A program made the position numbers and the translations under genes. DNA of 64,000 bases from positions 517 through 64,516 of the forward strand of contig JAJYNK010000009.1 of NCBI GenBank assembly GCA_021786355.1, read 5' to 3'. This DNA is from a bacterium (GTDB lineage Bacteria > Patescibacteriota > Minisyncoccia > UBA6257 > UBA9933). Each line of letters starts with the position of its first letter. Position 1 is the first letter of the stretch. A model generated the notes under the pieces. It was not told the origin of the DNA and did no database searches. It saw only the letters and a program-made list of their open reading frames with translations. Positions 1 through 8,009 of the stretch are shown here, piece by piece.

Positions 1-84
1 TTCAGACATTCGGATAAACCGGGCGGGAAAAATCCGGAATCAGAGCAATACCCCGGGCTTAGCGAAAAAGGAGCTGAAAAAGCT

Positions 85-837
85 ATGGAGCAAAAATCCA
101 GGGAAATAAAAGAAAATGTTGAAAACGCCCCTGACCGGGCTCTAATTTATATTGGAGGAGCCACGGAGCTCGCAAGAACCAAATCAACAGCCGTTGCCGT
201 GGGCGAAGGATTAAAAGCGTTGTACAAAGACGATGAAAACGTGCTGGTCTTAACCAAAGAGGAAATTTTAAGCCGAGCAGGAAAAACCGAATCACTTTCG
301 TCCACGATTAAAAAAATCGTTGAAATAATCGAAAGCGACGAAAATAAAAACAAAAAAATAGTGGTTGATTTTCCTCTGTTCGTTAAAGAACTTTCATTTG
401 GCCGCCGTTGGGACGCTAAAAAAGATAATTTTGAATATTTCGATTATCTGGATAAAAAATACGGCGATGACGAGGAAGGAGCTTTTGAAGAATGGTCTCT
501 TACCAAAGGAGAAAACATTGAAGGGGTAGAGGGTCCGAATCCGGAGACGGTAGCGGAGGAATATTTATTTGGTCTGGACAGAATTCATGAATTTGCAAAA
601 AAATATTTTCCTGACAGACCGGTGGTTATCGGCGCGGTTTCGCATCGCTGGGATTTGGACGCCGCCATTTTAAAATTGATAGCAGGCGAGGTTTCTCCTA
701 AAAGTTTTAAAGAAATTTCTAACGAAAAGCTTACAGACACCACGGAGGGCACGGCCATAACAATCGGCGAAGATCAGATGAAAATCGCGTGGAGGGGAAA
801 AGAATTTGAGATAAAAATAGAAGAACAAAATGAATAA
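85..837 (+). CDS. Histidine-phosphatase (phosphoglycerate-mutase-like) fold protein with a degenerate N-terminal catalytic motif; first gene of a 4-gene operon
   Basis: C-terminal motif VIGAVSHRWDLDAAILKL resembles the second His motif (VSHGG..) of histidine phosphatases. The N-terminal position LIYIGGATELARTKS aligns to LxxVRHGETxxN but has GGA in place of RHG. AAAGGAG RBS 8 nt before ATG 85. The stop overlaps the next ORF's start by 8 nt. Confidence 0.35.
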   Translation: MEQKSREIKENVENAPDRALIYIGGATELARTKSTAVAVGEGLKALYKDDENVLVLTKEEILSRAGKTESLSSTIKKIVEIIESDENKNKKIVVDFPLFVKELSFGRRWDAKKDNFEYFDYLDKKYGDDEEGAFEEWSLTKGENIEGVEGPNPETVAEEYLFGLDRIHEFAKKYFPDRPVVIGAVSHRWDLDAAILKLIAGEVSPKSFKEISNEKLTDTTEGTAITIGEDQMKIAWRGKEFEIKIEEQNE

Positions 838-1228
838 TTTAAACCCAAATAAATGGATACGGGATTATTCTGATGCCGTAAGTGATTTTACTTTCGGCGA
901 CCACGATCCGGCATCTCATCTGCCGTTCAATGCCTTTAAATTTTATCCTTTATATTTTAATCTTTGGATGGATAAAATTTATTCCGCTATCAAAATAATT
1001 GAAAGCGAAAAAATCTCCAAAAATAAAATCTTAACAATTCTCCCCAATTATGGCTCTATAAAATATATATTTTATACGCTTGTAAATATGGGCGCTTATT
1101 TTAATTATGACAAGGAAAAAGCAAAAACTATTTTTGACTTTTTTATAAAGTATATGTCTTGGTTAAGCAAAGACAAAAATTTATTTAATGAAAAAAGCTG
1201 TGTTTTAAGAACAAAAAAAAGAAATTAG
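830..1228 (+). CDS. Hypothetical protein, probable N-terminal part of a gene interrupted by a frameshift in an A8 tract
   Basis: The start overlaps the stop of the upstream ORF. The ORF ends at TAG 1226-1228, just after an A8 run at 1212-1220. Another frame is open from 1209 into the next ORF. Confidence 0.4.
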   Translation: MNNLNPNKWIRDYSDAVSDFTFGDHDPASHLPFNAFKFYPLYFNLWMDKIYSAIKIIESEKISKNKILTILPNYGSIKYIFYTLVNMGAYFNYDKEKAKTIFDFFIKYMSWLSKDKNLFNEKSCVLRTKKRN

Positions 1229-1427
1229 CAGGATTCTTCCAAAATTAAAGGTTGCCGACGAAAAGGAAAAGGCAAATATATCCAAATTAAGCGGTATTTT
1301 AGCGCTGTATAACCACGCGCTTTACAACGATTATTCAACCGAATACGGATATTCCAACGATGGCCCTTACAAATACAAAAATTTCTCTCTACTTGTAAAG
1401 AATTATCCCGATTTATCTCCTAAAGAA

Positions 1428-1895
1428 TTGTGGCCTCAATTAAAAAATTTTAAATTCAAAAAAATAATTATTTTTGTTTTGTATAAAAACACAAGGATCA
1501 AAATGCGTTTTGTAACTACCCATATTTTAGCGGATAGAAACTATGCCAAAAAATTGTTTAAATACCTGGTTTTTTTGGACGGAAAACCAGCGACTAGCTT
1601 TAAAATTGAAAAATTAATCCGGCAAATAGCTGATAAAATCGGCGAAATTTATCTTGAGGCAAAAAGGTATAATTTTGAAAAAACAAAATTAAAATTTTTG
1701 GAGCAACAATCTTATGAATTAAAAGGGTTATTTGCCTTGGCCGGTTTAAATTGGCGGCCGGAGAAAGCAATGATTAAAAAAGTAAAAAATAAGCGGTTAA
1801 AAACAGATTTTATAAAAATGTCCTACCCGAAAAATAAAAAGGAATACGAAAAATATATAGGAGTGGCATACTTGAAAAAGATTTACAATTTATGA
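1428..1895 (+). CDS. Hypothetical protein, probable C-terminal part of the same frameshifted gene (frame open from 1209; 1428 is a TTG codon)
   Basis: Hand translation of frame 0 from 1209 runs without a stop through 1428 into this ORF. No in-frame ATG lies upstream of the TTG at 1428. Its stop overlaps the ATG of the next gene (ATGA). Confidence 0.4.
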   Translation: MWPQLKNFKFKKIIIFVLYKNTRIKMRFVTTHILADRNYAKKLFKYLVFLDGKPATSFKIEKLIRQIADKIGEIYLEAKRYNFEKTKLKFLEQQSYELKGLFALAGLNWRPEKAMIKKVKNKRLKTDFIKMSYPKNKKEYEKYIGVAYLKKIYNL

Positions 1896-2215
1896 AAGAA
1901 ATAAAAGGGATCGTGGCAAACAAAGGAAAAGCCAGGGGTAGAGTAAAAATCATTAAAAACTCCGCGGACTTTAAAAATTTTAAAGAAGGAGAAATTTTAG
2001 TTGCGGAATTAACCAATCCCTCTTTCGCGGCAATTATTATAAAAGCAGCGGCTATAATTACGGATAAAGGAGGAATAACTTCTCATCCTGCTATCATAGC
2101 CAGAGAATTCGGCATACCTTGCCTTGTCGGCGCGAAAAACGCCACTAAAATTTTAAAAGATGGCGACAGGATTGAAATGGATTTAAACAAAGGAACTGTA
2201 AAAATTTTGAAATAA
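1892..2215 (+). CDS. Stand-alone PEP-utilising enzyme mobile (phosphohistidine swivel) domain protein
   Basis: Contains GGITSHPAIIAREFGIPCLVG, the classic phospho-His motif of PEP synthase/PPDK/enzyme I. Only 107 aa long, with no ATP-grasp or TIM-barrel domain. Confidence 0.8.
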   Translation: MKEIKGIVANKGKARGRVKIIKNSADFKNFKEGEILVAELTNPSFAAIIIKAAAIITDKGGITSHPAIIAREFGIPCLVGAKNATKILKDGDRIEMDLNKGTVKILK

Positions 2216-3154
2216 ATGTACACAAAGAATTTTAAGAAATTATCTAAAGAAAACACTGGCACTGCAGGAGGCAAGGGAGCGTCACTGGGAGAAATGACTC
2301 GAGCCGGTATTCCAGTGCCGCCCGGATTCGTAGTTTTAGCGCAAGCTTTTGACAATTTTTTAGAAGAAACCGATTTGGGCGTTGAAATTGAGGCGCTGCT
2401 TCATAAAGTAAAGGTTAAGGACATAAACCCCATTGAAAAAGTTTCCGAAGAAATCAGGAATTTAATTTTAAGCGCCAAATTTCCCAAAGATATCGCCAAA
2501 GAGATTTTGATTGAATTTTCCAAGCTAAAAGCAAAATACGTAGCGGTAAGAAGTTCAGCCACTGCCGAGGATTCCTTTACCGCTTCCTGGGCCGGAGAGC
2601 TGGAAACCTATTTAAATACCTCAAAGGAAAATCTTTTGGAAAATGTTAAAAAGTGCTGGGCATCGCTTTTCACTCCCCGAGCTATTTTTTACCGCTTTGA
2701 AAAAAAATTGAACAGGCAAAAGGTTTCCGTGGCGGTTGTTGTGCAGAAAATGGTCCAGTCGGAAATTTCGGGCATTACTTTCACGGTTCATCCGGTAACA
2801 AAAGATTATAACCAAATGGTGATTGAAGCCGGATATGGCCTTGGCGAAGCGATTGTTGGGGGCAAAATCACTCCGGATACCTATATAGTGCATAAAATTA
2901 AAAATACTATTTTAGACGCGAATATCTCCGAACAAAAAATGATGGTTGTCCGCCACGGAAACGGCACAAAAGAAGACGTCGTCCCTAAAGCCAAGCAGAA
3001 AAAGCAGAAGTTGTCTGATAAGTATATTTTAGAACTGGTAAAAATATGCCAGAATATAGAAAATTATTATAAAAAACCACAGGATATTGAATGGGCTTTG
3101 GAGAAAAATAAATTTTATATTGTTCAAAGCAGGCCGATTACAACATTAAAATAA
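2216..3154 (+). CDS. Stand-alone PEP synthase / pyruvate phosphate dikinase N-terminal ATP-grasp (PPDK_N) domain protein
   Basis: GTAGGKGASLGEMTRAGIPVPPGFVV matches the N-terminus of PpsA (GGKNASLGEM). At 312 aa it ends before any His domain. Its start codon directly follows the stop of the His-domain gene. Confidence 0.8.
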   Translation: MYTKNFKKLSKENTGTAGGKGASLGEMTRAGIPVPPGFVVLAQAFDNFLEETDLGVEIEALLHKVKVKDINPIEKVSEEIRNLILSAKFPKDIAKEILIEFSKLKAKYVAVRSSATAEDSFTASWAGELETYLNTSKENLLENVKKCWASLFTPRAIFYRFEKKLNRQKVSVAVVVQKMVQSEISGITFTVHPVTKDYNQMVIEAGYGLGEAIVGGKITPDTYIVHKIKNTILDANISEQKMMVVRHGNGTKEDVVPKAKQKKQKLSDKYILELVKICQNIENYYKKPQDIEWALEKNKFYIVQSRPITTLK

Positions 3155-3192
3155 CTTTGACTATATAAAAGTTTTTGCTATATTTACCGGAT

Positions 3193-3264
3193 GCGAGTGT
3201 AGCTCAGTGGTAGAGCACCGCCCTTATAAGACGGCCGTCGCAGGTTCGATCCCTGCCACTCGCA
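3193..3264 (+). tRNA. tRNA with anticodon UAU (Ile-AUA decoder)
   Basis: Hand-folded cloverleaf: acceptor GCGAGTG/CACTCGC, D arm GCTC-AGTGGTA-GAGC, anticodon loop CTTATAA, T arm GCAGG-TTCGATC-CCTGC. There is one C-A mismatch in the anticodon stem. No encoded CCA. Confidence 0.55.
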
Positions 3265-3288
3265 CTTTTTTTGTTATAATAAATACAT

Positions 3289-3897
3289 ATGGAATCTTTG
3301 TTTTTAAACCTCTCCGAAGTTCACCGAATACTCGCGTATCTGGCTATATTTATAGGAATGTTCATAGAAGGAGAAATTATTTTGGTGCTCACCGGGGTGT
3401 TAGTAAGAAGCGGGGCTATTAGTTTTTTCCCTTCGCTGTTAACGGCTTTTGTTGGAGTTATTTTGTGTGATCTTTTTTATTGGAGCCTGGGGAAAAGATT
3501 GGTTGAAAGCGGAAGAAAAAAATTTTTATTTTTCACAACCGAGAATACCGCGCCAATTTTGCGGAAGCTGGAAAAAAGAAGCGGTTTTTGGATTTTTATT
3601 TCTAAATTCGCTTGGAATTTAAACAGAGTGGTTTTGGTCTGCGCCGGTTATTCAAAAATTTCTCTTAAAAAACTTCTAAAATACAGCGCCACCGCCGCGG
3701 CCGTCTGGACAGCCTTATTAATTTCTCTCGGATACATTTTCGCCCACCAAACCGATATTCTTAAACACGACTTAAAACGCGCTGCTCTATTTTTGACGCT
3801 TTTAATAATAGGCGTTATATTCTTTGAGTACGCTCTTAAAAAAGTTTTTAATGCGTTAAGCAACGGCGGTAACGGAAATACGACTGAAACGCATTAA
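3289..3897 (+). CDS. DedA/SNARE-associated (VTT domain) membrane protein
   Basis: About 200 aa and multi-TM. Carries an IFIGMFIEGEIILVLTGVL..FFPSLLTAFVGVILCDLFYWSLGKR pattern typical of the DedA family. Confidence 0.7.
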   Translation: MESLFLNLSEVHRILAYLAIFIGMFIEGEIILVLTGVLVRSGAISFFPSLLTAFVGVILCDLFYWSLGKRLVESGRKKFLFFTTENTAPILRKLEKRSGFWIFISKFAWNLNRVVLVCAGYSKISLKKLLKYSATAAAVWTALLISLGYIFAHQTDILKHDLKRAALFLTLLIIGVIFFEYALKKVFNALSNGGNGNTTETH

Positions 3898-3926
3898 AAG
3901 CTCGTGGAAATAAAATTATAATTATC

Positions 3927-4000
3927 GGGCGATTAGCTCAGTTGGTTAGAGCGTCTCGTTTACACCGAGAAGGCCGGGGGTTCGAATCCCTCATCGCCCA
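3927..4000 (+). tRNA. tRNA-Val (anticodon UAC)
   Basis: Acceptor GGGCGAT/ATCGCCC, D arm GCTC-AGTTGGTTA-GAGC, anticodon stem TCTCG/CGAGA with loop TTTACAC, T arm GGGGG-TTCGAAT-CCCTC, discriminator A. Confidence 0.8.
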
Positions 4001-4024
4001 CAAATATTTAAACTCCTTAATTTA

Positions 4025-4053
4025 TTGTAATAATCGAACCCGTATGCTATATT
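4025..4053 (+). promoter_or_regulatory. Putative sigma70 promoter TTGTAA-N17-TATATT upstream of the 4085 gene
   Basis: Hexamers at 4025-4030 and 4048-4053 with 17-nt spacing, about 30 nt upstream of the ATG at 4085. Confidence 0.35.
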
Positions 4054-4084
4054 CAATATAGCAATTATCTTCACCAGTTCGATT

Positions 4085-4738
4085 ATGAAGCAAGATAAAA
4101 AACAAAAAGCGCGGGAACTCCGAGCTTATGGTTACTCTCTGAACGAGATTGCGAAAAACTTAAACGTTTCAAAAAGCAGCGCGAGTATCTGGGTCCGCAA
4201 CGTCGCCCTAACCAAAGACCAGGAGAAAACGTTATCAAGGCGTACCGCGAAACTCTCTGTTGTGGAAAAAAGACGCGCAACTCGACTAGCTCGGAAAATC
4301 GCCTCACAAGAAAACCTCTTAAACCAATCGCAAAAGCAAATAAAGAAAGTGACCCAAAATGAGCTCCGGCTAATTGGCTCGGTATTGTATTGGACAGGGG
4401 GAGGAAAAACCCAAAAAGGCCTTGTCCGGTTCTCAAACAGCGATCCAGAGACGGTTAAGCTAATGATGGCTTTTTTTAGGAGCGTTTGCGAGGTTCCGGA
4501 ATACAAATTTCGGGGCCATATTTATACCCAACCCCACATAAACCCGCGAAACGCAGAAAAATACTGGTCGGAAATTTCCGGCATCCCCTTAAAGCAATTT
4601 TTCAAACCCTCGGTAAAAAAAGCTACTAAATCCAAAAAAGGGTGGCTTTCTTATGGATCTTTTGAAATCTATATCTGTAATGTTGAGCTATTCTTAAAAA
4701 TCCAGGGGTGGGTTAAGGGCATTTTTGCCTTTTTTTAG
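4085..4738 (+). CDS. HTH-domain protein. The N-terminal helix-turn-helix is LNEIAKNLNVSKSSASIW. The C-terminal half is loosely reminiscent of a degenerate LAGLIDADG-type nuclease fold.
   Basis: RAYGYSLNEIAKNLNVSKSSASIWVRN is an HTH-like segment. The C-terminal part (LIGSVLYWTGGGK..) has no confident family match. Confidence 0.35.
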   Translation: MKQDKKQKARELRAYGYSLNEIAKNLNVSKSSASIWVRNVALTKDQEKTLSRRTAKLSVVEKRRATRLARKIASQENLLNQSQKQIKKVTQNELRLIGSVLYWTGGGKTQKGLVRFSNSDPETVKLMMAFFRSVCEVPEYKFRGHIYTQPHINPRNAEKYWSEISGIPLKQFFKPSVKKATKSKKGWLSYGSFEIYICNVELFLKIQGWVKGIFAFF

Positions 4739-5004
4739 TTCGGCAATTGCCGAACTAACCAATTGGCAAGTTGCCGAACTTTTTTATTAAAACACTAGAA
4801 AATGTTTATCAAGTTTTGATAAACATTTTCTAGCCTAATTTTAGACTAATCTGTCGTAAAAGATTGTTTATCAAAACTTGATAAACATTTTTTATACTTT
4901 AGACCCCTGAAATTTGTTTTAAAGTGTTTGTTGTCTACACAAGCCAGACATTTTAATTCGGCAAAGCCACTGTTTTAATTCGGCAATGGTCATTGCCGAA
5001 TTAA
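4737..5004. repeat. Palindrome-dense convergent intergenic region
   Basis: P1 at 4737-4756 is a 20-bp perfect palindrome (AGTTCGGCAATTGCCGAACT) followed by a GGCAA-GT-TTGCC hairpin and a T-run that acts as a terminator. P2 at 4795-4833 is a 39-bp palindrome around TGTTTATCAA-GTT-TTGATAAACA. P3 at 4865-4887 is the inverted copy TGTTTATCAA-AAC-TTGATAAACA. P4 at 4975-5004 is TTAATTCGGCAATG-GT-CATTGCCGAATTAA. The four are arranged with overall dyad symmetry. Confidence 0.7.
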
Positions 5005-5030
5005 AAAACCTATAAATAACGGTGGTAGAA

Positions 5031-5534
5031 TTAATCCTTAAACTTGTTTAAAAACCGTTCCTCGTCATAAATTCCCCATTTATAAAGCCGGTACAACGAT
5101 TTGTGCCTATCGGAAACATCCGGATCGCTACCGATTTTTTCAAGCCAATTAACGAATTGAGTCCCTTTATATCCATGTAATTTCTTATAAAATAGAGGAA
5201 TTATTATGTCTTTTAATTGATCAAATTCTCGCACTATTAAAGTAGCCCTTCTTCCGCGTTTTACTCCATCTCCTTGCCATGATTTATGATTATAAATTTT
5301 ATTTCTCAGACCTAACTTTTCCTTAACTAATCTAATAAGTTTCTCGTCTCTTTCGTGCATTGCCAGCACAAATGCCGGTTGTTTTTGCTTTCTCCCATCA
5401 CTTTTTTTATATCCTGGAGTAAATGAGAAACATCCCTCTCCATCAATAAGCCCTCTTATATAATCAAAGGTTAATGGATTTGTTTCAAATTGTTTCGCGG
5501 CCAACATTGGCACCATATTTTTATATTGTATCAC
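5031..5534 (-). CDS. LAGLIDADG homing endonuclease (single-motif, homodimer type)
   Basis: YIRGLIDGEGCFSF is a canonical LAGLIDADG motif. At 167 aa it is free-standing. Confidence 0.8.
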   Translation of the reverse strand: MIQYKNMVPMLAAKQFETNPLTFDYIRGLIDGEGCFSFTPGYKKSDGRKQKQPAFVLAMHERDEKLIRLVKEKLGLRNKIYNHKSWQGDGVKRGRRATLIVREFDQLKDIIIPLFYKKLHGYKGTQFVNWLEKIGSDPDVSDRHKSLYRLYKWGIYDEERFLNKFKD

Positions 5535-5566
5535 CGATTAACATTTAGTATAATTATATCATAATA

Positions 5567-5944
5567 ATGACTCTAAAATCTGAATTGGGTAATTATGGCG
5601 AAGATTTGGCTTGCGAGTACTTGGTTAACAACAAATACCGGATTATCGAGCGGAATTATAAAAAGCCGTGGGGAGAAATCGATATTGTAGCAATAGACCC
5701 TGACAAAACCCTTGTTTTTATAGAAGTCAAAACTCTCCGGCAATCTACTAATTTTGGCCTAAAACCTGAGGATCAATTAACCTCTTCTAAACTTAAAAAA
5801 GTGGCCAGGACCGCCTCTTTATATTCAAACGCTAACCAAGGCTTAATAAATAAGACGAGGGGATGGCGAATTGATTTGATCGCTATAACCCTGAATAACG
5901 CTGACAGCCCAACTATTTCTCATTATAAAAATATTTCTATTTGA
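5567..5944 (+). CDS. yraN: YraN family (UPF0102) endonuclease-like protein
   Basis: GEDLACEYLVNNKYRIIERNYKKPWGEIDIVA...LVFIEVKT fits the UPF0102 pattern. About 120 aa. Confidence 0.75.
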   Translation: MTLKSELGNYGEDLACEYLVNNKYRIIERNYKKPWGEIDIVAIDPDKTLVFIEVKTLRQSTNFGLKPEDQLTSSKLKKVARTASLYSNANQGLINKTRGWRIDLIAITLNNADSPTISHYKNISI

Positions 5945-5965
5945 CTGTATTTATAGGGTATTTAC

Positions 5966-6068
5966 CCCCACACCAAACGAGGATTAAATCAAATCCACAG
6001 CTTTGATAAAGCGAATTTATTCCGTCAACTGACGGAATAAATTAAAATATCCTCGTTTGGTGTGGGGG
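5966..6068. repeat. Hairpin repeat, family C copy 1. A 20-bp perfect inverted repeat (CCCCCACACCAAACGAGGAT / ATCCTCGTTTGGTGTGGGGG) encloses a nested 11-bp hairpin TTATTCCGTCA-AC-TGACGGAATAA.
   Basis: Read directly from the sequence. A second copy with a different but complementary inner stem lies at 39529-39666. Confidence 0.8.
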
Positions 6069-6134
6069 TTTACAAGATTTAAAAAATATGCTATTATTTA
6101 GTTAGATCGTAAAAAAATCTTTGAGGGGGTAAAA

Positions 6135-6317
6135 ATGTTCAACTACACGAACCAGAAGCACAACAGCAAAAGGAAGCGGAGTGACCGCTTCACTCGCAAG
6201 TTTTTCCAGCCGATATTCAGCGGAATGCTGGCCATGACCGTGTTCGCCTTCATGATGGTGATCCTGACCTCTCGCTATCCCGCTTTCATGAAGTCGATCC
6301 TAACATTCCATTACTAG
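6135..6317 (+). CDS. Small hydrophobic protein (60 aa) in a higher-GC cassette
   Basis: G-rich RBS GAGGGGGTAAAA before the ATG. One predicted TM segment (MLAMTVFAFMMVILT). Local GC is clearly above the surroundings. Confidence 0.3.
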   Translation: MFNYTNQKHNSKRKRSDRFTRKFFQPIFSGMLAMTVFAFMMVILTSRYPAFMKSILTFHY

Positions 6318-6336
6318 GAAAGGAAGGAGGTGCGCC

Positions 6337-6621
6337 GTGCTGGATGTCTGGGTTTTTGAAACAGGTAGGAAACTCGGCAACCCGAACATGGTTCAGATAT
6401 GGACAGAAGGTGTTATTATACCCTTCCGTCACAAGAAACACTTCGGCCGTCGCATAATAACGGCCGGCGGCGTAAACGAAAGGTTCAAGCCGGGCGCACA
6501 TACCCGCGACACTCACAACTACTTTGTCGCGCCGGCTGCTTTTGCCTTGGCCTGCGACAAAGCTAAAGAGTATTTCCGAAGAAACCCCCCAGAAAAGAAA
6601 GGAGATTGGGTCCCCGCATAG
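6337..6621 (+). CDS. Hypothetical 94-aa protein in a higher-GC cassette
   Basis: AGGAGG RBS directly upstream (GTG at 6331 or ATG at 6337). Followed by a rho-independent terminator. Confidence 0.35.
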   Translation: MLDVWVFETGRKLGNPNMVQIWTEGVIIPFRHKKHFGRRIITAGGVNERFKPGAHTRDTHNYFVAPAAFALACDKAKEYFRRNPPEKKGDWVPA

Positions 6622-6640
6622 GGACCCTTTTTTTTACGCA
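6608..6640 (+). terminator. Rho-independent terminator GGGTCCC-CGCATA-GGGACCC followed by T8
   Basis: A perfect 7-bp GC stem plus a T-run directly after the 6337 ORF. Confidence 0.75.
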
Positions 6641-6661
6641 AAAAGCGGGGTAAGCAAAATT

Positions 6662-8008
6662 TTATTTTAAAGCTTCTAATACTGTTTCTTTTTCATCCCA
6701 GTAGATTTTCTTACCATTTTTGATGCACATTGATACTTCTCCTCCTTTGCCGGTTAAAACCACGACATCGCCTTTTTTCGCAAAAGAAAAAACTTTTTGG
6801 ATCGCTTCTTTTCTGTCTATAATTTTATTTACGGTTGCGAATTTTTTCGGATTATTGCGAAGTCCGGCTCGAACGCCTTCTTCAATATCGTCTAGAATTT
6901 GATTTGGATTTTCGTCGTAAGGATCTTCATTCGTTAAAATTATCTTGTCACAATATTGAGCGGCAATATTTCCCATTTTCGGCCTCTTCCATCTGTCGCG
7001 TCCGCCGCCTTGAGCCCCTAATAAACAAATCAATGAGTTTTTAGCTGATAGCTTATAGCTTATAGCAGCTTTATAAACCGATTCCAAGCTAAACGGTTCG
7101 TGCGCGTAATCAATAATAACCGTAAATCCTTTTTTATTTTCCACTTTTTCCAATCTGCCGGGGGTTTGTTTTGCCTTGCCGATAATAGGCTTTATTTTAT
7201 CAAGCGGAACGCCCTGCGACATCGCAACGGCAATAGCGGCTACCGCATTGTAAACATTAAATTCTCCTATCAGGGGGGTTTTAAATCTCTCGCTTTTGAT
7301 TGAAAATTTCGATCCCTCCGGCCCCAGTTCAACTTTCTTAATTTCAATTATTTTATCAAGGTTTAATTTTAAATTTTTATTTTTAAATTTTAAATTTTCT
7401 ATTGTGTACCCTATTTTTGTTTTTATTCCAGGCTCCAAAAAATATTTAACATCCGAATCATCCAAATTATAAATTCCTATGCTATTTTCTTTTTTGGCCA
7501 GTTTTTCAAATAGTTTTACTTTAGCGCTTCTATAATTTTCAAAACCGCCATGGCGTTCAATATGTTCGGGGGATAAATTGGTAAAAACCGCCACATCGTA
7601 ATCTATAAACCGGTGCCTATATTGCAAAATACCCTCTGAGGACGTTTCCACAACAGCATACCGGCATTTTAACTCGTCGGCTTGGCTTAAAAATTTCTGG
7701 AGCTTAAACCGGCCAAGCATAGTTTGCTTATGCTCATTTTTCCATTCTTCATCTCCTATGCGCACTAGAGCGGTTGTAACGAGCGCGGTTTTATAACCGA
7801 ATGAATTTAAGATTTGAGCAATAAGGTCACAAGTGGTGGTTTTGCCTTTTGTCCCTGTAACTCCGATAATTATCATATTCTTTGACGGAGAACCATAAAG
7901 AAACGCGCCTAAAAAAGCCAGCATCCAATGGTAAGCTGGCTGAAAAAATTCAAAAACCGGTTTTGGAATAGCTTTTCTTCCTAAATTTAAAATTTTTTCT
8001 AAATTCAT
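6662..8008 (-). CDS. Mur ligase family protein, MurE-like
   Basis: GVTGTKGKTTT P-loop, Mur ligase middle-domain pattern, GGGRDRWKRPKMG and a TNEDPYDENP (DNPR-like) C-terminal motif. Assignment among MurE/MurF paralogs is uncertain. Confidence 0.65.
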   Translation of the reverse strand: MNLEKILNLGRKAIPKPVFEFFQPAYHWMLAFLGAFLYGSPSKNMIIIGVTGTKGKTTTCDLIAQILNSFGYKTALVTTALVRIGDEEWKNEHKQTMLGRFKLQKFLSQADELKCRYAVVETSSEGILQYRHRFIDYDVAVFTNLSPEHIERHGGFENYRSAKVKLFEKLAKKENSIGIYNLDDSDVKYFLEPGIKTKIGYTIENLKFKNKNLKLNLDKIIEIKKVELGPEGSKFSIKSERFKTPLIGEFNVYNAVAAIAVAMSQGVPLDKIKPIIGKAKQTPGRLEKVENKKGFTVIIDYAHEPFSLESVYKAAISYKLSAKNSLICLLGAQGGGRDRWKRPKMGNIAAQYCDKIILTNEDPYDENPNQILDDIEEGVRAGLRNNPKKFATVNKIIDRKEAIQKVFSFAKKGDVVVLTGKGGEVSMCIKNGKKIYWDEKETVLEALK

Positions 8009-8009
8009 T

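Noticed and set aside
3207-3422. 71-aa ORF overlapping tRNA-Ile(UAU)
   Set aside because: It starts inside the tRNA and overlaps the DedA gene in another frame, so it is spurious.
7020-7060. Short AGCTTAT tandem (agcttatagcttatagcagc) inside the Mur ligase gene
   Set aside because: Only about 2.5 units and within coding sequence. No evidence of a functional repeat.
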